A DNA stretch of 53,346 bases from a virus (IMGVR_UViG_3300036982_000579:1-53346); one strand, 5' to 3'; numbered from the stretch's first letter, positions 20,431 to 29,537 are shown. Notes: a model not told the origin generated them from the letters alone. Numbers and translations are program-made.

Positions 20431-21996
20431 CTACGATTCGGGTTGGACGCTTTCCGTGGCCTCAGCCGTCAAGTCACCGGCCTGCACCGGCCCGCAAGCG
20501 CGTGTTGCTGCGCGAGCATCACCCTTCAAGAACACAAGCACATTCTGATGCGACTTGCCCATCTTGCGGGATACGTCGAACTGTTTACCGACACGCAGAA
20601 TCAGTGAAGCGAGATTCGTTACAAGGATCGCCTCGTTATACAAGGTAAGTCCTGCGTCTTGGAAAGCGCTGATCGTGTCTGAAACAAAGTTGCGGTAGTT
20701 CCCGTCAGGGCCACGGAAGTCTCCGACGACGACAACAGCGAACCGGTCGTCCTTCAACAGTTTTGTTGACTCATCAACAATCTGTCGGAATGACTCAATA
20801 AAAGTTGAGTAATCCATCGTTGAAAGATCACGAGGATCATCCGAGTACACTTCAAGATCACCGTATGGCGGACACGAAAACCACAAATCGGCTTCTAAAC
20901 CTTGACACAACTCGCCCACCTCAGCGGCATCTCCCTCAACCCACTGGGGCAGTGGTGCGGCGGCGAGTACAACTGACGGTCGGATAGCGCTAACCCATAA
21001 CAAGTCGCCCGGTTCCAACGTCGGAATGCACTTCGCCTCGTACCACGGGTCCAACTGCACCCCACGGAACACTGTCACCGCTGCCTCGTCATGGTAATCA
21101 GACGGGTGGTCAACAATCGTCACCATGTCTTGCCATCCGGGTGGTGCGTGCCTCTCAAGGCGTTCTAAGGGCGGGTGACCGACACACACACCAACTACCG
21201 GAATGTTTCTCCCCGCCTCAACTAGACCCCATAGGATGCCTGCAAGGGTCATTCCTGAGCCAACACTGTTCACAATCCGCTCAACACCGTCAGGGATATT
21301 CGCAACCTGAGGTTTCGTAAACTCAACCGCCTCCGGTGCTTCCATCCCATACGGAATCTCAACCCAACCAGACTGCAACGCATCCTCACGCGCACGCGCA
21401 ACGATCACCGTGTTGTACCCCGCCTGATGTTGAATCAACTCGCAACCAGCACCACGAGCCGCAAGAAGCTCCGGTGTCAGATCACCAGAAGGGACATGCG
21501 CGCGACACTTCACACCCAACGCCGCTGCGATCTGAGCCACAAAGTTCACTTGCGGCGACTGTCGTGACCCGGCGGTGATAACCCCTACGCCTTGTTCACG
21601 CGCACGCTCAACCAGAAGCATACAAGTCCGAACTTTCGCGCCCCTCACCCCACCAAAAACGTAATGATCTTCACGTTTCATCCAAATATCGCCATGAGTT
21701 TCAACCGGAGTTAGCTCAGGCATGTGATCCGCGGGGACATCCGGCACAAACGACAGTCCCCGGCACAACTTTTCACCTTGCAACTTGTTTGCTTCAACCT
21801 GTTCCGGGCGAACGTCAATACCCGTGTACTCCCGACCCAACTTCGACGCAACAATTCCCCGGACGGAACCCCCAGCGAACGGATCAAGCACTTGACCGCC
21901 GGGTGGACTGAACCATCTGTAGATCAGTTCACACAAAACAGGGTCGAACAGCGAAGTTGAACCTTCGCCGTAACCCTCAACTTCAGGTTCACCCAT
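20431..21996 (-). CDS. DNA amino-methyltransferase with an inserted fold-type-II PLP-dependent enzyme domain
   Basis: FDPVLCE, VLDPFAGGSVRG (motif I) and FSCPPY (motif IV) separated by TPVE..GDIWMKRED...GAKVR, VGSGMTLAG, LDPWYEAK. Confidence 0.8.
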   Translation of the reverse strand: MGEPEVEGYGEGSTSLFDPVLCELIYRWFSPPGGQVLDPFAGGSVRGIVASKLGREYTGIDVRPEQVEANKLQGEKLCRGLSFVPDVPADHMPELTPVETHGDIWMKREDHYVFGGVRGAKVRTCMLLVERAREQGVGVITAGSRQSPQVNFVAQIAAALGVKCRAHVPSGDLTPELLAARGAGCELIQHQAGYNTVIVARAREDALQSGWVEIPYGMEAPEAVEFTKPQVANIPDGVERIVNSVGSGMTLAGILWGLVEAGRNIPVVGVCVGHPPLERLERHAPPGWQDMVTIVDHPSDYHDEAAVTVFRGVQLDPWYEAKCIPTLEPGDLLWVSAIRPSVVLAAAPLPQWVEGDAAEVGELCQGLEADLWFSCPPYGDLEVYSDDPRDLSTMDYSTFIESFRQIVDESTKLLKDDRFAVVVVGDFRGPDGNYRNFVSDTISAFQDAGLTLYNEAILVTNLASLILRVGKQFDVSRKMGKSHQNVLVFLKGDARAATRACGPVQAGDLTAEATESVQPES

Positions 21997-22660
21997 TTTG
22001 CACCATGTCCGTCGCTTGATGGCCGTGACCCTGTGGCACGGCAACATTCCAAGTCAACGGTTTACCATCACGACCCAACTCAGACTCAATTCCAAGATCA
22101 GTCCACGCCCGTTTCCGATCTTGCCACCACCCTTCACGACTGTTCAGCACGCTGACAGGTAGACCAACGAATCGTTCCGCTAGTTTCACTGGCGCTTTGC
22201 GTGTCTCAGGAATCGGCAGGGGGTCGCCCAGTAGTTCTTCGGCTCGGGTTGCTGAAAGCAGAGAAGCAAGGTCTTCTTCGGTGTAGGACGCTGCAAGAAG
22301 CAAGCTTGTATCTTCATCCATTACTTCTTGGATCATCTTTGCCAGCAACTCGCTGTCGTAGCTGCCTAGATCGGATGTCCGGTTGTCGGCTAACGCAAAC
22401 GCTTTAGCTGTTGTGTTGTCATCTTCAACCCAAACAACAGCGATCTCAGTCCAACCTAATCTTCGGGCTGCTGCAAACGTGTGGTTACCTGCGATGATCT
22501 CGTTGGAACCTATCTGAGCAACAATCGGTTTGCGTTGACCGAACCTGTCAAGCGACCGCATCACAGACTCAACGTCACCTTGTCGGGCGTTGCCTGTCAG
22601 TGTTCGCAATCCGTCAATCGGCACACACAACGGTTGTAATTGCTCAACAATATTTGACAC
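21989..22660 (-). CDS. ParB/Srx-like domain protein (with methylase-associated C-terminal segment)
   Basis: FGQRKPIV..IIAGNHT.AAA..LGW, AFALADNRTS; GGAGG RBS before GTG. Confidence 0.8.
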   Translation of the reverse strand: MSNIVEQLQPLCVPIDGLRTLTGNARQGDVESVMRSLDRFGQRKPIVAQIGSNEIIAGNHTFAAARRLGWTEIAVVWVEDDNTTAKAFALADNRTSDLGSYDSELLAKMIQEVMDEDTSLLLAASYTEEDLASLLSATRAEELLGDPLPIPETRKAPVKLAERFVGLPVSVLNSREGWWQDRKRAWTDLGIESELGRDGKPLTWNVAVPQGHGHQATDMVQNG

Positions 22661-22728
22661 AAAATCCTCCAAGATAAAGACCCACAATACCTCAAAAATG
22701 ATCGCCGGATGTGGTAGAATCACCGACA

Positions 22729-23220
22729 ATGATTGCTGACGATCTTCAAGAATTACTTGTACCTATTGAGACGCTCACACCGTTAGATCACAACCCGCGC
22801 CGGGGTAACGTCAACGCGATCAAAGCAAGCTTGACAAAGTTTGGGCAACTCAAACCGCTAGTCGTGAACCAAGACGGTCAGATCATCGCGGGGAACCATA
22901 CTCACGCTGCTGCTGTCCAACTCGGTTGGGAGCAGATCGCTGCGATCAGGGTTGATCTCAGTACTGCGGAAGCTCAAGCGTTTGCACTTGCCGACAACCA
23001 CACTTCTGATCTTTCGCGGTGGGATAACAAAGAACTTGTAGCGATGCTTAGTCAGATCAAACAAGCTGATTCAACTTTGTTAGAAGCAACGAGTTTCACT
23101 TCCGACGATTTGGATGCCCTACTGGGCGCTTCGGAATCTCCGGCTGGTATGAATGAACCCGGCGAGGAAGATAACAGCGTGTCGGGTCCGACTTGCCCGA
23201 ACTGCGGAGTGAGTCTATAA
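22729..23220 (+). CDS. ParB/Srx-like domain protein
   Basis: NPRRG, FGQLKPLVV, IAGNHT, AFALADN; C-terminal CPNCG. Confidence 0.8.
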   Translation: MIADDLQELLVPIETLTPLDHNPRRGNVNAIKASLTKFGQLKPLVVNQDGQIIAGNHTHAAAVQLGWEQIAAIRVDLSTAEAQAFALADNHTSDLSRWDNKELVAMLSQIKQADSTLLEATSFTSDDLDALLGASESPAGMNEPGEEDNSVSGPTCPNCGVSL

Positions 23221-23251
23221 AGCGTCTACACTGTTTGATAATTTGGGGGTT

Positions 23252-23608
23252 GTGAAACTCAAAGCTATAACTGTGCATCAACCGTGGGCCGGGGCGATTG
23301 TTCGGGGCGAGAAACGTGTGGAGAACAGAACGTGGCCTATTCAGTTTCGTGGCCGGTTGTTGATTCATGCAGGGGCATCGGGAGAGGGAGAACCGAAACG
23401 GGCGATTCTCGGTTCGGTTCAGGTTGTTGATTGTGTGCGTCTTGATCCGAAGTCGTCTGAGTGGGCTGATTACGAGCCGTGGATTTTGCCGAACCATTGG
23501 CATTGGTTGTTAGCGGATGCGAAACAGTTTCAACAACCAGTGAAATGTTCTGGTCGGCAGGGTTTGTGGTCGCCTTCTGAGGACATAAAACTCTCCATTC
23601 CGTACTGA
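23252..23608 (+). CDS. ASCH domain protein
   Basis: AITVHQPWA.AIVRGEKRVENRTW...RGRLLIHAG; GRQGLW. Confidence 0.85.
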   Translation: MKLKAITVHQPWAGAIVRGEKRVENRTWPIQFRGRLLIHAGASGEGEPKRAILGSVQVVDCVRLDPKSSEWADYEPWILPNHWHWLLADAKQFQQPVKCSGRQGLWSPSEDIKLSIPY

Positions 23609-23625
23609 AATAAAGGTAGAATGAT

Positions 23626-24213
23626 GTGATGAACAATCCGATTATTAGCGCTCAGTTGGAACCTTTGCTTGTCCCTGTCGGCCAGCTTGAGGCTTTGGAT
23701 AAGAACCCGCGTAAAGGTGACGTTGCTGCTGTCGCGAAGTCGTATGAGAAGTTCGGGCAGCGTAAGCCGATTGTGGCCCGGATCACTGGGGGTACGCCGG
23801 AGGAGCCGTCGGGGGTTGTGATCGCGGGTAATCACCAGTTTCGTGCAGCCAAAAAGTTGGGGTGGACTCATATCGCAGTTGTTTGGACTGACGACGATGA
23901 GACAACAGCTAAGGCGTTTGCTCTTGCTGACAACAGGACAAGTGAACTTGGAACGATTGACGAGGACTTGTTGGCGCAAAACATTCGGGAGATTCTCGAA
24001 GTTGATGAATCGCTAATAGCGTCCGCCGGGTACTCGCAAGATGATCTTGAAAAACTGTTGAAAGACACGAGTGACATCATTGAAGATACTTCACCGAAGT
24101 TGGGTGATCTTGCGTACCGGCTAGTGATCGACTGCGAAGATGAACAGGATCAAACGCTACTGATGGAACTTTTGGATGGTCATAACGTCAATTATCAAGT
24201 TCAGGTGGTTTGA
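23626..24213 (+). CDS. ParB/Srx-like domain protein
   Basis: NPRKG, FGQRKPIV, IAGNHQ, AFALADNRTS. Confidence 0.8.
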   Translation: MMNNPIISAQLEPLLVPVGQLEALDKNPRKGDVAAVAKSYEKFGQRKPIVARITGGTPEEPSGVVIAGNHQFRAAKKLGWTHIAVVWTDDDETTAKAFALADNRTSELGTIDEDLLAQNIREILEVDESLIASAGYSQDDLEKLLKDTSDIIEDTSPKLGDLAYRLVIDCEDEQDQTLLMELLDGHNVNYQVQVV

Positions 24214-25340
24214 TGAAAGTTGATCTGAATGTGAGCGTGCCGGTTTCAAGGTCGTCTCGCGCCCGTCAGTTGGAAGGAATGTTTGATGTTCCGATTTCTG
24301 AGAAAGCTGAACGGCATTGGTCGGGGAATGTTCCTATCGAAGACAAAAATTGGAATGTTGGTCTGATTGTCGGCCCGTCAGGATGCGGGAAAACTTCAAT
24401 CGCAAAGGACATTTGGGGGCTTGATTCGGAACTTGAATGGCCGCACGATCAAGCAGTCATTGACGGGTTTGACGAAAAGTTTTCAATGAATGATATTTCG
24501 CAGGTTTGTTCGTCTGTCGGGTTCAACACAATCCCGGCGTGGCTGCGTCCTTTCCGTGTGCTGTCAAACGGTGAACAGTTCAGGGCTACGTTAGCTAGAA
24601 GGCTTCTGGAGTCATCTGCTGAACAGCCTCTTGTGTTTGACGAGTTCACTTCTGTTGTTGACAGGCAAGTCGCGCAGATCGGTTCTCACGCCGTTCAGAA
24701 ATGGGTGCGGAAAAACAAACACCAGTTCGTTGCAGTTACATGCCATTACGACGTAGAAGAATGGTTGCAACCCGATTGGATACTTGAACCGTCAACAATG
24801 GCGTTCAGTTGGAGGTCGGTTCAACCCCGACCCCGACTCAACATCACTATCGAACCGTGCGAACATTCAGTCTGGAAAACTTTCGCTCCATTTCACTATC
24901 TGACAAACCAGCTACACAAAGCGGCCCGCTGCTACGTTCTGAAAGTCGAAGGGCAACCCGCTGCGTTCGCTGGGGTAATCCACCGCCCGCACGCCGCTAA
25001 CCGAAGAATCAAAAACGTGACACGGCTAGTAACGCTTCCTGATTGGCAAGGTCTAGGACTTGCGTTTGTTCTCATGGATCATCTTGGCGCTATGTACGCT
25101 GCAAGGAAGTACACGTTCACTATCAACCCTGCTCACCCGGCTCTAGTTCGTGCTTTCGATAAGTCGCCTTTATGGAAGATGACTGTCAAGCCGGGCATGA
25201 TAAAATCCAATAGTCAAACGTCAACTCTGAACGGTGGCGCAAAAGTGTGGATCACTGGTGGGAGAACAACCGCAGGGTTCAAGTATGCGGGGCCTGCTAG
25301 TGACGATGTGGTGTTCGCATCCCAATTCATCAAAGCGTAG
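24213..25340 (+). CDS. ABC-type ATPase fused to GNAT acetyltransferase
   Basis: GPSGCGKT, LSNGEQ signature, LVFDE, TCH; RLVTLPDWQGLGLA acetyl-CoA motif. Confidence 0.8.
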   Translation: MKVDLNVSVPVSRSSRARQLEGMFDVPISEKAERHWSGNVPIEDKNWNVGLIVGPSGCGKTSIAKDIWGLDSELEWPHDQAVIDGFDEKFSMNDISQVCSSVGFNTIPAWLRPFRVLSNGEQFRATLARRLLESSAEQPLVFDEFTSVVDRQVAQIGSHAVQKWVRKNKHQFVAVTCHYDVEEWLQPDWILEPSTMAFSWRSVQPRPRLNITIEPCEHSVWKTFAPFHYLTNQLHKAARCYVLKVEGQPAAFAGVIHRPHAANRRIKNVTRLVTLPDWQGLGLAFVLMDHLGAMYAARKYTFTINPAHPALVRAFDKSPLWKMTVKPGMIKSNSQTSTLNGGAKVWITGGRTTAGFKYAGPASDDVVFASQFIKA

Positions 25341-25356
25341 ACAAGGAAACTACACC

Positions 25357-25842
25357 ATGCCCGGAGGAAGACCAACAAAATTCAACGAAGAAACAACCAC
25401 AAGACTCATCACAGCCCTACGATCAGGCAACTACCGACGAGTCTCCTGCAAGTACGCAGGCATCCACTACAACACTCTCCTCGCATGGCTAGCTAAAGCC
25501 GAGGAAGAAGATGCACCCCCCGAGTTCGTGGAGTTTTCGGACGCAGTAGAAAAGGCTGAGGCTGAGGCGGAGATTCACGACATCGCTTTGATCCGGCAGG
25601 CGGCTACTGGCGGGCAGTGGCAGGCGGCTGCTTGGATTCGGGAGCGGAAGAACCCTGAACGCTGGGGGCGGCGTGATGCGTCGAAGATTGAGTTGACTGG
25701 GGCTGATGGTGGGCCGGTTGATATGCGTGTTTCGTTGGGGGTGGATGCGTCTGCGATTGAGAGTTTGGTTGCGAAGTTGGAGTCTCGGTCTAGGGTGATT
25801 GAGGCTGCTTCTGTTGAACTTGAGCAGGGGTTTCCTATTTGA
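25357..25842 (+). CDS. terS: putative terminase small subunit
   Basis: GRPTKF, HTH, WQAAAWIRERKNPERWGRRD, ELTGADGGP. Confidence 0.65.
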   Translation: MPGGRPTKFNEETTTRLITALRSGNYRRVSCKYAGIHYNTLLAWLAKAEEEDAPPEFVEFSDAVEKAEAEAEIHDIALIRQAATGGQWQAAAWIRERKNPERWGRRDASKIELTGADGGPVDMRVSLGVDASAIESLVAKLESRSRVIEAASVELEQGFPI

Positions 25843-25990
25843 TTGGGTTGTCTTTTGGGTGGTTTTGGGGGTTGCTGGTTTTGGAAACCTGCGCCGTTAC
25901 TGGGCGAAGTGCGGGTTGTCCACCGGCGGGTAAGCCAGTTTTCTGGTTGTGGTGGCCGGTTCTAAGTGTTTCAGCCGGGGCCGGTCACCG

Positions 25991-26242
25991 CTATACGCCT
26001 GCGATCCGCAATGCGGTGTGGATGTCGCAGGCTTCAAGATAGGCGGATTCAAGAGTTGGGTATATGCCGTATGACTCGCCTGCTGCGGGTCCGTACTTGA
26101 CAACGATCCGATAGCCGGTTGGCCTTGGGAGGAGGATGATGCGTGCGCCGTTTTCGATGTTGGCGTTCCACCATGTGTGGGGTTCGGTGGTGGCGTGGCG
26201 TTGCCCGGTTGCTTTGATGGGGGTGAACTCGGGTGGGGTCAT
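25991..26242 (-). CDS. hypothetical protein
   Basis: ATGA coupling; GIYPTLESA motif. Confidence 0.55.
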   Translation of the reverse strand: MTPPEFTPIKATGQRHATTEPHTWWNANIENGARIILLPRPTGYRIVVKYGPAAGESYGIYPTLESAYLEACDIHTALRIAGV

Positions 26243-26361
26243 GCTGCTTCTCCTTCTTCTTGAGCTTCTTGTGTTGCGGCTTCGATGATTGCAAGGCATC
26301 GGGCTGCGCCGTGAATCTCGAATTGTTCTTGTAAGAACTGGATGATCTGTGCTTCCGTCAT
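26239..26361 (-). CDS. small hypothetical protein (40 aa, not in ORF track)
   Basis: AAGGAG RBS; MTEAQIIQFLQEQF... Confidence 0.5.
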   Translation of the reverse strand: MTEAQIIQFLQEQFEIHGAARCLAIIEAATQEAQEEGEAA

Positions 26362-26405
26362 TGCTGCTCCTTGTCGTTGTTTACTAATTTGATGTTGGTT
26401 AGTAG

Positions 26406-26567
26406 TTAGTTAGTAGTTGTGAAGATTGCGTTGTGTTCTTCTTCTGCTGCGATTTCGCAGTCCACGCAACGTCCGGTGGTTGGGACTACATGGCGTTCCC
26501 ACCCGCAGTCTTCGCATGTTGCGATTTCGTTGGCGGTGGCTGCTTCTAACAGTGCTTCGATATTCAT
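26406..26567 (-). CDS. small Zn-finger protein
   Basis: CEDC...CVDC. Confidence 0.5.
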   Translation of the reverse strand: MNIEALLEAATANEIATCEDCGWERHVVPTTGRCVDCEIAAEEEHNAIFTTTN

Positions 26568-26713
26568 ACTTCTTCTCCCTCGGTTACGGTGGCGCTGTGG
26601 TCGCCCTCGGTGCTTGTCCACTCGAATGCTCCACTCTGTTCAACCATGATGGCTGAGTGTGTGGCGAGTCCTTCGCAAGTTTCGCAGTTGGTGTGTGTCG
26701 TGGTCGATGTCAT
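26564..26713 (-). CDS. small hypothetical protein (leaderless)
   Basis: TTATCTAC-ATG after promoter. Confidence 0.5.
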   Translation of the reverse strand: MTSTTTHTNCETCEGLATHSAIMVEQSGAFEWTSTEGDHSATVTEGEEV

Positions 26714-26791
26714 GTAGATAACACTACTATAGCGGTGTGACATTATCAAGTCGATAATGCCTTATGGGGAAGATTTCTTCAGATTCTTTTT
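26714..26791 (-). promoter_or_regulatory. family-1 phage promoter
   Basis: AAAAAGAATCTGAAGAAAT...GACTTGATAATGTCACACC...TAGTGT. Confidence 0.7.
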
Positions 26792-26875
26792 AGACCCCCC
26801 CGACACGCACCCCGGCCCAGCCGTAACAGTCGCAAGAGCCGCTCCGACACTGGGCGGTCCGGCTGGCGGGGAGTC

Positions 26876-27031
26876 CTAACCCTCAACCTCAACATCAACA
26901 TCAGGTTTAGGGTTTTCGATCTCACCCCACGCTGCCTGCGTAATCCACCACGCTTCACGCATAGCCTCAGCCCACGACACCTTGCCGCCTGAGCCTTCAA
27001 CGATCTCACGGGCCAACCGCTCAACACTCAC
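26876..27031 (-). CDS. small hypothetical protein (51 aa, not in ORF track)
   Basis: GTGA overlap; VSVERLAREIVEG... Confidence 0.45.
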   Translation of the reverse strand: MSVERLAREIVEGSGGKVSWAEAMREAWWITQAAWGEIENPKPDVDVEVEG

Positions 27032-27207
27032 TTGCGGCTCTCCTGCATCTTGACAATGAGCCGGTCGATCTGATCTTCAAGAACGTCTAGCTGTGCCATT
27101 GCGATGATTTCCATTTCAAGGTTCTCGTCGCGCATTGCTTGAAGGCGTTGATCGTCAACCTTGTTCCACTCCTCGCGAAGTGTGTCGATCTGATAATCGT
27201 GTTCCAT
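27028..27207 (-). CDS. small coiled-coil protein (59 aa, not in ORF track)
   Basis: TGATG coupling; MEHDYQIDTLREEW... Confidence 0.55.
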   Translation of the reverse strand: MEHDYQIDTLREEWNKVDDQRLQAMRDENLEMEIIAMAQLDVLEDQIDRLIVKMQESRK

Positions 27208-27413
27208 CAGCCTGCTCCTGCTGTGAGGAACACGAACTCAAGTGTTCCGACATTGTAGCCGTCGGCGTTTCCTCGTCCGAGGAACTGATCTGCGAATAGC
27301 TGTGCTTCTTGGGCGTTGGAGAAGAAACCGAGCGGCATGTCTGCTCCGCTGACTCTCGCTGTGAAGTGTGCGGCTGCTGGTTCAGATGGGAAGATTCCGT
27401 ATGAGGAGTCCAT
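27207..27413 (-). CDS. hypothetical protein
   Basis: coupled ORF; G.F....A motif twice. Confidence 0.55.
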   Translation of the reverse strand: MDSSYGIFPSEPAAAHFTARVSGADMPLGFFSNAQEAQLFADQFLGRGNADGYNVGTLEFVFLTAGAG

Positions 27414-27652
27414 TAGAAGATCACCTCTGTCACGGGGATCAACAGCGAAGTGTTGCCGTTTACGGTGATGTCGATTGCTCGTTCCACTTGCGCTCGGGCG
27501 GGTGCGTTGCGTTCCGCTGCTGCACGGTTGTCGAACACACCGAACTCGCAGTTGCTAAACCACACGGTGATGTCGTTCGATTCAATGTTGAACGAACCGC
27601 TGACCTCTGTGGTTACTGAGAACCTCGGGGTGTTGATCTTGATTTCGGTCAT
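27413..27652 (-). CDS. hypothetical protein (DITVW family)
   Basis: AAGGAG RBS and family-2 leader. Confidence 0.6.
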   Translation of the reverse strand: MTEIKINTPRFSVTTEVSGSFNIESNDITVWFSNCEFGVFDNRAAAERNAPARAQVERAIDITVNGNTSLLIPVTEVIF

Positions 27653-27709
27653 CTGCTTGCTCCTTAGTTGTGATTGCTTATTTGATAACTCTATCGGAAG
27701 GGTGTGACA
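27653..27709 (-). promoter_or_regulatory. family-2 promoter/leader
   Basis: TGTCACACCC...TTATCAAATAAGCAATCACAAC.AAGGAGCAA. Confidence 0.65.
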
Positions 27710-27710
27710 G

Positions 27711-27932
27711 TTAGCCGTTCACAACGTGGCGAACGTGCTTGGCGAATCCGGTTTCAGGGTGGATCGGGATGCGACCGTATGACGGGGTGCCATCGGGGTG
27801 ACGGCCACCGAAGTCTGCGACGACGGTTTCGATTCCGTCCTCACGCTCAACACGAATCACATATCCGTGGTTGCCATCGGCAGGGCTTACGTCTGTCAGG
27901 TAGATCGAATCTCCGGGGGCTACGTTTAGCAT
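27711..27932 (-). CDS. hypothetical protein
   Basis: AAGGAG RBS. Confidence 0.55.
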   Translation of the reverse strand: MLNVAPGDSIYLTDVSPADGNHGYVIRVEREDGIETVVADFGGRHPDGTPSYGRIPIHPETGFAKHVRHVVNG

Positions 27933-28054
27933 GACTTGTTCTCCTTGGTAGTTGTGACTTGCGTTGGTACGATCTTCCTGATGACCATGCCTGCGGCGTG
28001 ACGGCTGATCGCTGCTCGGAACTCTGCGTCCTTTTGTGCTTCGCTTTTCAACAT
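27926..28054 (-). CDS. small hypothetical protein (42 aa)
   Basis: GGGAG RBS; MLKSEAQKDAEF... Confidence 0.45.
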   Translation of the reverse strand: MLKSEAQKDAEFRAAISRHAAGMVIRKIVPTQVTTTKENKSC

Positions 28055-28189
28055 GTTCTGTTCTCCCTAGATCGTTGTGTTGGGTGGGAGCCTCGGTGTC
28101 TCCCGTGGGGGGTGTCTCATCCTTCCCCTGCGATGGCCTCGGATTTGTTACAAGCTTTGACTCCGGTGCCGATCAACTGCTCGCTTGTG

Positions 28190-28255
28190 TAGATAACTAT
28201 ACAGCATGGGTGTGACAGGGACGAATCCAAATCAAACATTTCTTCAGATTCTTTT
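28190..28255 (-). promoter_or_regulatory. family-1 phage promoter
   Basis: AAAAGAATCTGAAGAAAT...TGTCACACCCATGCTGTATAGTTATCTAC. Confidence 0.75.
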
Positions 28256-28337
28256 CCGACCCAAACCCGGCCCACTCCCAGTGATGCGGCCCGCCGGTTC
28301 CCCGTCACGAGTCTACTCGGCAAGGTAGACTCCACCG

Positions 28338-29177
28338 ATGAGCAAACTTGCCGGGCTATCCCCATCCAGCGTTCAGCTATGGGAGCAATGTCCCCGGAAG
28401 TTCTGCGAGGAAAAGATGATGGGCAGATCAGGTGGCACGGGAGAAGCCGCGCTACTCGGCACGTTCGTCCACCTCGCACTCGAACACTTGATGCAACTGC
28501 CATCTGAGAAGCGTGTCATTGAGACTGCACGCAAGGTCGCGCGTTCGTCGTGGGCTGAGTTTGCTGCGACAAAGGAATGGATCGAGTGGGTTGCCGAAAC
28601 CGGGTTCGCTGATGAGCAAGCGTTTCGCCGTCGTGGTTGGGCAAGCGTCTGCGGCTATTTCCAAATGGAGAAGCCGAGTGATGTTGAGGTTGTAGCGACT
28701 GAGCGTTTCATCTCGGCCACGATTGAAGGCGTTCCGGTCCGAGGAATTGTCGACCGGCTTGATCGTGATGTGTTCGGCAATATCGTGATCGTCGATTACA
28801 AGACAGGCAAAGTTCCGTCGCCGTGGTTCCGTGGGCCGAAGATGCAACAACTCAACATCTATGCGGCGCTCGTCGAAGAAGTTGACGGTGTGCGACCTGA
28901 TGAAGGCCGGTTGTTGTTCACTACTTTCTCTGAGACTGTTGCTACTGATGTCACTGCTGAGTCGGTGTGGTCTGCGGTTGAAGTGTTGAAGAATACTTGG
29001 GAGGACATTCATCGTGCGATAGAAGATGACTTGTTTCCTGCGAAGGTTGGACCTTTGTGTGGTTGGTGTCCGTTTGTGGGTGACTGCCCTGATGGGTTGG
29101 CTGAGGTGAAGTCTCGTCGATCTGCGGGCAAATTGAAGAAGACTGCTCCGGCTTGGGAGTTAGCGGCGGGCGAGTGA
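28338..29177 (+). CDS. RecB-family/Cas4-like PD-(D/E)xK exonuclease
   Basis: LSPSS...CP, GTFVH, RGIVDRLD, IVDYKTG, QL.IY, CGWCPF...C. Confidence 0.85.
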   Translation: MSKLAGLSPSSVQLWEQCPRKFCEEKMMGRSGGTGEAALLGTFVHLALEHLMQLPSEKRVIETARKVARSSWAEFAATKEWIEWVAETGFADEQAFRRRGWASVCGYFQMEKPSDVEVVATERFISATIEGVPVRGIVDRLDRDVFGNIVIVDYKTGKVPSPWFRGPKMQQLNIYAALVEEVDGVRPDEGRLLFTTFSETVATDVTAESVWSAVEVLKNTWEDIHRAIEDDLFPAKVGPLCGWCPFVGDCPDGLAEVKSRRSAGKLKKTAPAWELAAGE

Positions 29178-29537
29178 TCGTTCCGCCAGTCCCGCCAGCG
29201 GCGGAATATGGCGGGAACCGGCGGGAATCGACCACTGGGCGGCGGGGACCGAGCGGCGGAAGGCGGGGAATACCGGCGGGGAGTGGCGGGCCGACGGCGG
29301 TTGAGCGGCGGAATATGGCGGCTGATCCGCCGAATCGACGGCGGAAGGCGGCGGCCTAGTGGTGGCCTAGTGGCCTGCTGGCGGCGGGTGGCGGGCGATG
29401 CAACGGCTGACGGCGGGCCGACGGCGGCTCAAGGCGGCGGATCAACGGCGGGCGGCGGGGAGCGCTGTGGCGGGCGGCGGCGGAATGGCGGGAATCGAAC
29501 GGCGGAACCCGGCGGTTGAGCGGCGGCGGCGGGCGGC
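29162..29537 (+). repeat. GGCGG-rich degenerate repeat tract
   Basis: dense GGCGG units; recurring GGCGGAATATGGCGG, GGCGGGCCGACGGCGG, GGCGGTTGAGCGGCGG. Confidence 0.85.

Noticed and set aside
28338-29537. CRISPR-Cas (Cas4-like nuclease followed by repeats)
   Set aside because: Repeats lack a fixed repeat-unique spacer period; no cas1/cas2; the nuclease is a common phage RecB-type exonuclease
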